Positions 27,545-39,559 of a stretch of 64,000 bases of DNA are shown here, in pieces. The notes under the pieces are model-generated. The model was not told the DNA's origin. It did not search any database and worked only from the letters and a program-made list of their open reading frames with translations. The stretch spans positions 19,693,309 through 19,757,308 of the forward strand of contig NC_092379.1 in NCBI RefSeq assembly GCF_030028105.1, in the 5' to 3' direction. Positions within the stretch are counted from its first letter, which is position 1. Each line of letters opens with the position of its first letter. Position numbers and translations under genes: made by a program. The stretch comes from Mobula birostris. Taxonomy: Eukaryota.

Positions 27545-30500
27545 CCATAAGATATAGCAGTAGAATTAGGCCATTTTGGCCCATCAAGTCTGCTTCACCA
27601 TTTCATCATGGCTGATCCACTTTCCCTCTCAGTCCCAATCTCCTGCCTTCTCCCTGTATCCCGTCATGCCCTGACTAATCAAGAATCTATCAACCTCTGC
27701 CTTGAATATACCTAAAGAATTGGCCTCCACAGCTGCATGTGGCAGCAACTTCCACAGATTCATCACTCTCTGCTGAAAAAAATTTGTCCTGATATCCTTT
27801 CTAAAACAGGCCCCTCAATTTTGATGCTGTGTTCTCTGGTCATAGACTTTTCCACCATGAGAAGCATCCTCTCTATATCCACTCTATCAAGGCCTTTCAA
27901 CATTTGATCAGTTTCAATAATGTCAGCCCTTATTCTTCTGAATTCCACTGAGCACAGGCCCAAAGCCATCAAACGGTCTTCATATGACATGCTTTCAATT
28001 CTGGAATCATTTACATGAATTCCTTTGAACCCCCTCCAATGTCAGCACATCCTTTCTTAGATAAGGGGGCCAAAATTGCTCACAGTAGTCAATGTGAGGC
28101 CTTACCAGTGCTTTTGAAAGCTTCAATATTACATCCTTGCATTTATCTTGTAGTCCCCTTGAAATTAATGCTGACATCACATTTGCCTTCCTCACCACTG
28201 ACTCAACCTGCAAATTAACCTTCAGGGAATCCCACACAAGGACTCCCAAGTCCATTTGCACCTCAGATTTTTGAATTTTCTCTCTATTTAGAAAATAGTC
28301 TATGCTTTACTTTTACGAGTTCCTTTACTTTTAACTCTGGTTCATTGCACAACCCCCAATGCAGAATAGCTAATTGCCTGGTGGGCTCAATCACCAGCTG
28401 CTCTGAAAAAACAAGCTCGTAGGCATTCTACAAATTCCTTCCCTTGGAATCCGGCACCTTAATGATTTAGTACAGCACAGGCCGTTCAGCCCACAATATT
28501 GTGCTAAACCAGCTATAAAGCAAATCAAAACCATCCAGACATCAATCCCTCCTACTTTCACCATGTGCATAGCCCTCCTACTTCCTTACAACAACTGAGA
28601 AAGAGATACTCTCTGTCCACTCATATGCCTCTCATAATCTTGTACACCTCTATCTGATGCTCAGAGGAAACAAACCAAGTTTATCCAGCCTCTCATGATA
28701 GCACATGCCCTCTAAACCAGGCAGCATCCTGGTAAACCTCTTCTGCAACCTCTCCGAAGCCTCAGCATATTTCCTATAGTGGGCCAACCTGAACTCTACG
28801 CAATACTCCAGATGTGATCGAACCAGGCTTTTATAAAGTTGCAAAATAACGTCCTGACCTTTGAACTCAATGCCGCAACTAATACAAGCAAGCCTTCTGC
28901 AAATCTTGTTAAGCCCCTTATTGAACTGTGTAGCCATTTTCAAGGTGATTGAACCTGGATCACAAGATCTCTCTGCTCAGCAACACTGTTAAGAACCTTG
29001 CCATTAAAGGTGTGCCCTTGTTCCCTTCATAAACAGAGGTACAATATTAGTTCTGATGACTTATGCATCTTAATTCGGAGCAGGAAGGCTGCCAGTGAAC
29101 GGCTAAGGATTTCTCGAGCGAAGGCATTTTGCTACTCGGGGTAAAAGAGAGGCAAGACTGCGCAAGCACATGACATCAACCAGTAGAGCAGGAAAAGTTC
29201 AAAAAGAAGACCGCCATATTCAGTGGGCAGCATTCAGAGCAGGCAACGGAGTGAGAAGTAGCAGAGTGAGAGGGCTTTAGCTCAATGGGCTTAGGCAGTA
29301 GCGAGGCAAGGTGGGTTTACCTGTGTTCATAGCGGAAAGGAAGTATGTGTGTGAGGCTGGTGTTCTGTGCTCGGTGTCAGATGTGGGAGGTCCTGGAGTC
29401 TCCTAGTCTCCTAGACAGCCATATCTGCACCCAGTGTGTCAAGCTGCAGCTCCTAAGGGACCGCGTTAGGGAACTGGAGATGCAGCTCGATGACCTTCGT
29501 CTGATCAGGGAGAGTGAGGAGGTGATAGAGAGGAGTTATAAGCAGGTGGTCACACCGGGGCCACGGGAGACAGACAAGTGGGTAACAGTTAGGAGAGGGA
29601 AGAGGAAGAGTCAGATACTAGAGAGTACCCCTGTGGCTGTACCCCTTGACAATAAGTACTCCTGTTTGAGTACTGTTGGGGGGGACAGCTTACCTGGGGG
29701 AAGCAACAGTGGCTGTGCCTCTGGCACAGAGTCCGGCCCTGTGGCTCAGAAGGGGAGGGAAAGGAAGAGAACGGCAGTCATGATAGGGGACTCTATAGTT
29801 ACGGGGTCAGACAGGCGATTCTGTGGATGCAGGAAAGAAACTTGGATGGTAGTTTGCTTCCCAGGTGCCAGGATCCGGGATGTTTCAGATCACGTCCAAG
29901 GTATCCTGCAGTGGGAGAGAGAACAGCCAGAGGTCGTGGTACATATTGGTACCAATGACATTGGTAGGAAAAGGGAAGAGGTCCTGAAAAAAAGACTACA
30001 GGGAGTTAGGCTGTATTTGATTTGGTATTGGGAAATGAACCTGGTCAGGTGTCAGATCTCTCAGTGGAAGAGCATTTTGGAGGTAGTGATCATAATTCTA
30101 TCTCCTTTACAATAGCATTGGAGAGAAATAGGAACAGACAAGTTAGAAAAGCGTTTAATTGGAGTAAGGGGAATTATGAGGCTATCAGGCAGGAAATTGG
30201 AAGCTTGAATTGGGAACAGATATTCTCAGGGAAAAGTATGGAAGAAATGTGGCAAATGTTCAGGGGATATTTGTGTGGAGTTCTGCATAGGTACATTCCA
30301 ATGAGACAGGGAAGTTATGGTAGGGTACAGGAACCATGGTGCACAAAGGCTGTAATAAATCTAGTCAAGAAGAAAAGAAAAGCTTACAAAAGGTTCAGAG
30401 AGCTAGGTAATGTTAGAGATCTAGAAGATTATAATGCTAACAGGAAGGAGCTTAAAAAGGAAATTCTGGGAGCCAGAAAGGGCCATGAGAAGGTCTTGGC

Positions 30501-33500
30501 AGGCAGAATTAAGGAAAACCCCAAGGCATCCTACAAGTATGTAAAGAGCAAGAGGCTAAGATGTGAAAGAGTAGGACCTATCAAGTGTGACAGTGGGAAA
30601 GTGTGTACGGAACCGAAAGAAATAGCAGAGGTACTTAATGAATGCTTTACTTCAGTATTCACTATGGAAAAGGATCTTGGTAATTGTAGTGATGACTTGC
30701 AGCAGACTGAAAAGCCTGAGCATATAGATATTAAGAAAGAGGATGTGCTGGAGCTTTTGGAAAGCATCAAGTTGGATAAGTTGCCGGGACCGGATGAGAT
30801 ATACCCCAGGCTACTGTGGGAGGCGAGGGAGGAGATTGCTGAGCCTCTGGCAATGATCTTTGAATCGTCAATGGTGACAGGAGAGGTTCTGGAGGATTGG
30901 AGGGTTGCAAATGTTGTTCCTTTATTCAAGAAAGGGAGTAGAGATAGCCCAGGAAATTATAGACCAGTGAGTCTTACTTCAGTGGTTGGTAAGGTGATGG
31001 AGAAGGTCCTAAGAGGCAGGATTTTTGAACATTTGGAGAGATATAGTATGATTAGGAATAGTCAGCATGGCTTTGTCAAGGGCAGGTCGTGCCTTACAAG
31101 CCTGATTGAATTTTTTGAGGATATGACTAAACACATTGATGAAGGAAGAGCAGTAGATGTAGCGTATATGGATTTCAGCAAGGCATTTGATAAGGTACCC
31201 CATGCCAGGCTTATTGAGAAAGTCAGGAGGCATGGAATCCAAGGGGACATTGCTTTGTGGATCCAGAACTGGCTTGCCCACAGAAGGCAAAGAGTGGTTG
31301 TAAATGGGTCATATTCTGCATGGAGGTTGGTGACCAGTGGTATGCCTCAGGGATATGTTCTGGAACTCCTACTCTTCGTGATTTTTATAAATGACCTGGA
31401 TGAGGAAGTGGAGGGATGGGTTAGTAAGTTTACTGATGACACAAAGGTTGGTGGTGTTATGGATAGTGTGGAAGGCTGTCAGAGGTTATAGTGGGACATT
31501 GATAGGATGCAAAACTGGGCTGAGAAGTGGCAGATGGAGTTCAACCCAGATAAGTGTGAAGTGGTTCATTTTGGCAGGTCAAGTATGATGGCAGAATATA
31601 GTAGTAATGGTAAGACTCTTGGCAGGGTGGAGGATCAGAGGGATCTTGGGGTCCAAGTCCATAGGATGCTCAAAGCAGCTGCCCAGGTTGACTCTGTGGT
31701 TAAGAAGGCATACGGTGTATTAGCCTTCATTAATCGTCAAATTGAATTTAGGAGCCGAGAGGTAATGTTGGACCCTGGTCAGACCCCACTTGGAGTACTG
31801 TGCTCAGTTCTGTTCGCCTCACTACAGGAAGGATGTGGAAGCCATAGAAAGGGTGCAGAGGAGGTTTATAAGGATGTTGCTTGGACTGGGGAGCATGCCT
31901 TATGAAAACAGATTGAGTGAACTCGGCCTTTTCTCCTTGGAGCGACGGAGGATGAGAGGTGACCTGATAGAGGTGTATAAGATGATGAGAGGCATTGCCC
32001 GTGTGGATAGTCAGAGGCTTTTTCCCAGGACTGAAATGGTTGCCACAAGAGGGCACAGGTTTAAGGTGCTGGGGAGTAGGTACAGAGGAGATGGTATGTT
32101 TTTTTTTATGCAGAGAGTTGTGAGTGCGTGTAATGGGCTACTGTCAACGGTGGTGAACGTGGATACGATAGAGTCTTTTAAGAGACTTTTGGATAGGTAC
32201 ATGGAGCTTAGAAAAATAGAGGGCTATGGGTAAGCCTAGTAATTTCCAAGTTAGGGACATGTTCAGCACAACTTTGTGGGCCAAAGGGCCTGTATTGTGC
32301 TGTAGGTTTTCTAAGTTTCTATGTTCCTATGTTAATCCCTTTACGGAGGCCCAATACTTCCTCCAACTTTACCTCGAAATGCCCGAATTTATTTGTACAT
32401 TCAGCACTGATCTCTTGGTCATCCACATCTTTTTCCTTTGTAAATACTGAAGCAAAGTACTCATTAAGTACCTCACTCACATTCTCTGCATCCAAGCTGA
32501 TATTCCCCCCTTTATCATTAAGTGGTCCCACCCTCTCCCGAGTTATCCTCTTACCCTTGACATATGTATAGAATGCCTTGGGATTCACCTTAATCTAACT
32601 TGCCAAGGACTTTTCATAGCCCCTGCTGGCTTTCCTAATTTCCTTTAGTTCCTTTCTGGCTTCTTTATACCCCTAATGTGCTTTGTTTGATTCAACCTTT
32701 ACATACTTGATCTTTTTCTTCTTGACTAAACTCATCACCTCTCTGAACATCCAGGGTTCTCTTATCTTTGCATCCTCATCCTTCCTTCTGACAGGAACAT
32801 ACTTTTCCTGTACTCTGTGCAATTGCTCTTTAAACACCTTCCACATGTCTGATGTGAACTTGCCAGAGAAAAGGTGTTTACAATTAACAATTCTTGGTTC
32901 CTGCCAAATGCCCTTGTAAATTGCCCTATGCCAATTTAAAATTGTTCCACAAGGATAATACCTATCCTTGTCAATAGTTATCCTGAAAGTTAACGAGTTG
33001 TCACTCTTCCCTTACTGTTCACCCACTGAAAGATCAGTCACCTGGCCAGGCTCATTCTCCAGTACCAGGAGCAGTATGGCCCCTCCTTTCATTGGACCAT
33101 ACACATATTGATTTGAGAAACCTTCTTGGATGCACTTAACAAATTCAGCCCGATCAGAATCCCTTAAACTCTCCCATGTAGCATCAGCAAATCTTGAAGC
33201 CAGGTTAATTGTTCCCCTGCAGTTCAGGTGCAATCCATCTCAATCAACCTGCATACTGAAATTCCCATTGATTATCTTAACATTGCACTTTTGACATGCA
33301 TCTTCCGTCTCCCATTGTAATTTGTAGACCACATATTTGTTATACTATTTGCAGGTCTGTTTCTAATTCCCATCAGGGACTTTCACCCTTGCAAATTCTT
33401 AGCTCTACCTAGAACGGTTCTATACCATCTGATCCCATGTCACCTCTTTCTAATCATTTAATTTAATTTTTTACCAACACAGCCACACCACACCTTCGGC

Positions 33501-33960
33501 CTACTTCCCTGTCCTTTCGATACAATATGTATCCTTGGACATCAAGCTCCCAGTTATACAGTAATCTTCTTTCAGCCACAATTCAGTGATACCCATAATG
33601 TCATACATGCCAATCTGTAGCTGTGTTACAAGTTCATCTAGCATAGTGTATTCCGTATACTATGTGCGTTCAGATATAACACCTTCAGTCTTGTGTTTAT
33701 CACAGTTCAAAATTTTGTCTCCCTTTTACATTGTAACTCATCCCGTTGACGGCAATTTTACCCGAACATCAACTTCTTCTTGCTAGCAGTCTCACTACAC
33801 ACTGCTTCTGTTTGTAAACCAACAACTTGATCCTCAACCCTTTCACTTCATTTCCCATCCCCCTGCCAAATTTGTTCCAACCCTTCTGAACAACTCTAGC
33901 AAACTGGTCTGCAAATCTATTTGCCTCCATCGATTCAGGTGTAACCTGTCCCTTTTCTAC
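27545..33960 (-). mobile_element. Nested CR1 stack, copy 2: CR1-A (27545-28458, 33240-33960) containing CR1-B (28459-29015, 32330-33150)
   Basis: Same subfamily tails and the same A/B junction as copy 1, at an offset of 13180 nt. Confidence 0.75.
29080..32325 (+). mobile_element. Near full-length CR1 LINE with internal deletion (ORF1 ZF-CC-esterase; ORF2 RT)
   Basis: ORF1 from 29345 (CARCQMWEV, VMIGDSIV, VVVHIGTNDIGR). Open 489-aa ORF2 segment at 30022-31491 (SDHNSI...PGPDEIYP...QHGF...DFSKAFDKV...KFTDDTK). Tail TTCTATGTTCCTATG. Confidence 0.92.
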
Positions 33961-34162
33961 AGGTCATAACTTCTGCTTATCAAGGCCCAGAGTCTTCGAG
34001 TAAAGAGGAAAGGTGTAAAGTTCCCAGGGGTTGTGAAGGGCTTCAGACTGCATTGTCTGTTGACTGTGCTGTCGTTGGGATTGCAGTGTCAGAGAATGCA
34101 ATGTGAAGTAAGGAAGGTGAAAGTTTGGGTTTCATGGGAGTCTCTGTTAGTCACTTGGTTAC

Positions 34163-34305
34163 CTTGATAACGGTGACGAAGGTGCTGTAGAGGAAACTGA
34201 TGATGAACAGAATGGCAAAGGCAGCAACTGTAAGCACATTGTCATCTCCATCCACGTGTCCCTGTTCTTCCTTCCCCTCCTCTCCTGTCAAGTCTGTGCA
34301 GATTC
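34163..34305 (-). CDS. IgW: IgW transmembrane exon TM1
   Basis: Acceptor TTCTTTCAG|GA. Reads GICTDLTGEEGKEEQGHVDGDDNVLTVAAFAILFIISFLYSTFVTVIK: acidic spacer, hydrophobic helix and antigen-receptor CART-type F..LF..S..YST motif. Phase-0 donor AAG|GTAACC. Confidence 0.93.
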
Positions 34306-36271
34306 CTGAAAGAATTGAGAAAGTGAGACTGTTAGTTTCTTGTCGATGTTTCTTGAAGATCAACATGGCAATAAACTTGAGTAAACTTAATGACTCAAGT
34401 CATGTTTCCCCACAGCATGTCATTTGTAACCAGGGAGCAGCTGGATAGAGCTAAATGAACTAGTTTCTCCGAAACGACTATGTTCGCTCCGTTAAAAATA
34501 TTGACCAGATATTCACTTAGCGTTCATTAAACATCATCCCAGTTTGTAATTTACTCTGGGAAGTGCATGTATGTTCAGCAGTCCCTCCAAGACAGTTTAT
34601 CCAAAGACCTGCTGTTAGTTCCTGCGTATTCATTTCATTGATTATTATCTCTGCAGTTAAAGCCTTTCAGACTGCTAACAGATCTGCCAGCCTTGTGTGA
34701 GTGGCAAAGTTTGTCATGTGTGTTTCTGCCCAATATCTAAACCATGAATAAATCTAGTGAATAGTGTCAGCACTGAACACATTGCTGCAGGTCACAGGGC
34801 ATCACTGTCTACATATTGTCCCTTCTTTCTGTAGCTCTCCACTTTCTGAATGAGATCACTAAATGTCTTCACAAAGTTGATGAAATATCTTTCCCTGTCA
34901 ATTACCTTTGTATATTTGAAACTGCGGACCAATCCAGAATGTTCTGTCATCTGTACAGTAGAAACTAGAATACACATACACCTATAACCATTTGAATGTC
35001 TGTCTGCCTGTCTATATAATGAAGGACAGAACCAACCAGGCAACACTTCCAGCCCCTCATGTTTGAGTCACACAGTTGTATCCCAAAACATACCGGCACG
35101 GAACACTGGCAGCCGAATGCTTTCCGTACCTTCTTTATTGAACTTTGATTGCACAAACACAGGCTGACATTCAACCTCTCATGTAGTCTACAGAAGTTTC
35201 CAACAGGATCAGACCTGACACTAGGAAGTTTTTAAAAAAAACTGCAGGATCTCAGACATGTTAGTAAATTATTTTGATGTATTTAATCATGGAAATATAT
35301 ATTTCCATTTTGAGCTAATGAGAAAGAACTTGCAGGTAACCTTGCTTGTTTCAGGGAGATAAACCACATTGTTGTAGGATCAGCCACCAACTGGAGGTTG
35401 ACCAGTGGGGTAGCTGGCCACGGGAATCTCTGCTGCAAAGAACTCAGTGACCTGACACTTGTCCTTTTATCTGGTGAGGAAGTGTAGCTTTAGAGGGTTC
35501 CTACTGGGAATGGACTTTTTTATTCATCTGAAGTTTTCCTGGAATATTCTGCTCTTACACCATTCAGGCTAATATTTACACCAGGAGTGATCTCTCCACA
35601 TCTAAAATGTAAAGGCTTTTTACTTTTGGAAATGAAAGAGAAATTGTGGAAAGTGTTCAGTGGGTTAGAAAACACTTGTGAACAGAGAAAGGGATAACAT
35701 TGAGAGAGCATCACAAGTGTACTCTGTACCATTGCTTCAGCACTAGTTCTGTGCCTGGCTGAGTACTGTGCATCTCTCTGGTTTACTGGAACTCAACAAC
35801 TGTCTGATGTCCAGTTACATTCCACAATGCCTGCTCCAGTGGAACTCAGTTCCTCCAGTTCTGCTGACAGATAGACTTGCTTCATGTTTCTGAGATGCTG
35901 GTGTGAGAACATTGACCCTGCAGTCATTATTTCATCATTCCCTCACTGACAAGGCCGGCATTCCTTGCTCTGCTCCAGCAGGTCCGTCACAGAGCAGTGA
36001 AGAGTTTGGTGTGGGACTGATGGATACAGGTAAACAGGGTAGGAAGGGCAGTGTCCTTCACCAAAGAACATCAGTGAAATAGTTTGTAATCTAAAACTGG
36101 CTTGAAGCATTGAATGAACTCTGATTCTTTCCCACTCTCTGCCTCTGCATTATTAATCCACTCACACAACTACAACAATGCCAGACTTGCCGTTACCTAT
36201 TGACCTTGCTTGTCCCTGGGTTGTGACTGTGGCAGAGGATGTCAACAGTACAGTGAATCTCAGAATCATAC

Positions 36272-36596
36272 CTTGAATGTTTTTCACATCCTGCCTGACA
36301 CTGGTTTTGGAGGGGGGAATGAGACACTGTGCATCTGAAAACTAAGCCTTCCTTCCACTCCTCTGTGCTCACGGTCAGGTCGTAGCTGGCAATGAAAGTC
36401 CCTGCCTGTTCCAGAGCAGTTGGTCTCACACTGGTGTTGGAAGAGATCAGAGAGTCCCCTTTCTCCCAGGTGGCGGTTATTTGTTCCGGGTAGAATCCAG
36501 AGGCAACACACTCGAGGGTGACCGTGTTCCCACTGTTGGTCCCTCCCTCTGGCGGTGGCAGCAGTCTGACTTTGGGACTTTTTGTCTCCAGTGGAA
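36272..36596 (-). pseudogene. IgW: Duplicated CH4-like exon (CH4') with +1 frameshift near its 3' end
   Basis: Acceptor CATCAG|TT (36596), donor G|GTATGA (36271), 325 nt. About 62/106 residues identical to CH4 if one C is removed from the C6 run at 36312-36317, restoring HSPSKTSVRQDVKNIQ. Confidence 0.85.
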
Positions 36597-36679
36597 CTGA
36601 TGGGCAAACAATGGAAATGTCAAACATTTTTACTGAGGTAACCAACGTTGTCCATTTTAATCGCTGACCTCTTGCCCAC

Positions 36680-36982
36680 CTTTGGTACTTTTTGTCCGTG
36701 CTGATACTGGTGAGGTTGCAGAAGGTTGTCGGGCAGAGCAAGTGTACTCCACCCCACTGGTCCACTCCTCCACACTGGTCTGGAGTTGGCTGATCACTGT
36801 ATCTTGGGTTCCTTCCTCTCTTGGTTTTTTGGTCACATTTGCTTTAATTTTCTCCCTCTCGTTCACTTTCCAGTGGATTTGGACCTGGCTCAGATCAGCA
36901 CCCACAATCATACACACCAGAGTAGCGGTCTGGTTGATCCACATCTCTTCAATGGAGGGATTTTGGATAAAGACGGACAACT
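36680..36982 (-). CDS. IgW: Duplicated CH3-like exon (CH3')
   Basis: Acceptor CTACAG|AG, donor G|GTGGGC, 303 nt open (same length as CH3). About 52/101 residues identical to CH3 by hand alignment. Confidence 0.92.
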
Positions 36983-38219
36983 CTGTAGATGAGTAATAGA
37001 AAACTTACAAACTGGACGATATCTATTGTCAGCTGGCTTGACAACTTCAGCTCAGACTTATCCTGAAGCTCAACTTGTACATAATTGTACAATGGGGTGA
37101 AATCAGGTTTGTCTGCAGAGTGGGTTTGCTCATCTCTGTTTACAACCTTTGAATGAGAAAACAAAATCAAACATCAAGGAGCTTCTTTCCTTGGGACCCA
37201 GTTGGGTCACAACAGGGACTACAGGACAGTTGCCCAGCTACGTGACATTTAGCTGCTGCAATGCCAATCAAATGCACTATCAGAGCTGTCAATTGCAATG
37301 AGAGATGCAGTTTCTCATGAAAGACGACATTTCCTGAAATCTTCTTGTCTTGGAGCATGTGAGAGCCTGTAGATCCATTTGTGACATTGAGCTGAATCAA
37401 TGAGCTGCCTCATATCTGTTAGGACTGAGCCTGAGATTCCTCCAGAATGAAAATTCTGATGCTGACTTTCGAATCTCCCATGAAAAATCTCTCTTTTCAT
37501 TTCTGTAACTTGCCTGCCCTAGTCAATGATCTCACTTTGTTCCAGTTGTCCTATTCACTTCATCTATTTCCATCTCTACACTTTAAACCTCCCTGCCATT
37601 CTATTTCCTGTGGAGTCTGCTTTTCACTTGCTGGACACTCATAGACATGGCTTTGTGTCCCATCATCCACATCATTAGTAATATCAGTGAATAGTTGCAG
37701 GGCGGACAAAGATCATTGCAGGGCACTGCTCACGATTAAATCCTGCTGAGTTCAGTCCCCTGTCACATGACACAGTGATAATGGAGTTGTTGATGAATGA
37801 TTGCAAACAATTTCAGTCCATTAGTCTACAGCAGATCCAGGCATGGTGTGGGGCAGCCACCTCAGGCCAACATCGGGCAGTCACTGGAAGAGCTGAGCGC
37901 CGTGATCAGTAAACACGAAATAGCACACCCGGATATGAACCAGGACATCTTGAGGAAGTCTCTGAACAATGACCACTCACATATCTCCTGTGGAACCAGA
38001 CGAGCCAACACTTGACCACTGTGATACCACCATCAACAACGGTTACCGTGCCAGCACATGGCCACACTTTGGTAAGGCTGATCACCTGGATGTACTTCAA
38101 CTCCCAGCATATAGGCAGAGACTAAAGACCACAGCGTTGGTAGCAAGGACCAAGAAGATATCGTAAAGGAAGACAGAAGTGCGCCGACAGGACTTTTGAG
38201 TTGGTGAACTGGATAATAT

Positions 38220-39220
38220 TACTGCACAACAATTTTTTCAAAAATGTTGCTTCCTCAGAGTTTTTTTATTTATGATAGACTGCTTGAAGATGAACACAAA
38301 TATAATTTCAGACTACTTGGATCACGTAGGAATTTGGAGAAACAACAAATTAACTTTTATTGAATATAATGTGTTTAATTGCATAATGGTGCTGATGCTT
38401 TGCAATAGTTCAACTAAGATGAAAATATTTTGTTAATGATTTTCATTTGTGCTCAATGTCTGCGGCTTCTTGCTTAACTGTCCAAAAATAATCCACCAGC
38501 ATTGATGGATTCCAGTTGCCCTGATATCTTTTCTCCATGACCGCAACGTCCTGGTGAAACCTCTCACCATGCTCGTCACTAACAGCACCAAGATTTGCAG
38601 GGAAGAAGTCTAAATGGGAGTGGAGAAAATGAATCTTTAGTGACATGTTGCATTTCAAGGTTTTGTATGCTTGAAGCATGCTTTCAACCAGCTGCATGTA
38701 GTTTGGTGCTCTATAGATACCGAGAAAAGTTTCAACAACTTCCTTGAATGACTTGTGATTTTCTCCGGTCCCACTAGAAATTCTTCAAATTGCCTGTCAT
38801 TGATGACCTGTTTGATTTGTGGACCAACAAAAATGCTTTCCTTAATCTTGGCATCAGTTATTCTGGGAAGCATCTGTCTCAAATATCAAAATCCTTCATA
38901 GAAATGTTTGTGCCTGGTGATAGCAAATTCCATCCTTACAGTCCTGAACCCAAAAATTATTACTAAAACCTGTCCTGCCATGCAGCAGCCGTGCCGCCTA
39001 AGCATGCCCAAGCATGCCTGGACAAGATAGGAATCTTTCCAGCTTACATTGTAGGCAACATTTTAATTGACTTGAATTATGAATTGAAATAATAAACATA
39101 AGTGACTTCAAAAAATGGTGCGTGATAGGGAAATTTCATGATGATTTTCATGATCGGTAGCCCAAAATTCAAAAGATACAGCTAAAGGTATTCAGGAAGC
39201 AAGATCTTTGTTGTCCAGTG
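38220..39220 (-). mobile_element. Internally deleted DNA transposon with CACTG-type termini and 3-bp TSD (Chapaev3/CMC-like)
   Basis: Termini TACTGCACAACAA (38220) and CACTGGACAACAA (minus strand from 39220). TAT is duplicated at 38217-38219 and 39221-39223, and excision restores the Rex1 frame NWIIFRDLSS. Transposase C-terminus IFVGPQIK...KIHFLHSHLDFFPANLGAVSDEHGERFHQD..MEKRYQG. Superfamily is from recall. Confidence 0.8.
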
Positions 39221-39559
39221 TATTCAGAGACTTATCTTCAAATCGGAATGAATATGCCACAGTTGTCACCAACTTTGTCAAACCCTGTGTGGATAAGTGT
39301 GTGCCTTCAAGAACATACCGGACATACCCAAAGCAAAAGCTGTGGATGGACCAGGAGATTTGTAGTCTGCTGAGGGCTCGATTTATGGCAGTCCAGGCTG
39401 GTGATCTAGCATTAGACAAGAAGCCCAGGTACGACCTGCGGAAGGCTATTTTAAGAGTGAATAAACTCATCTTGGTCAAGATGATGCCAGAATGCAATCC
39501 TCGCTCGGTCAACCTCTTCCAGATTGCTCATGAAGATATCCTTTTTTGGTCTTTTATGT

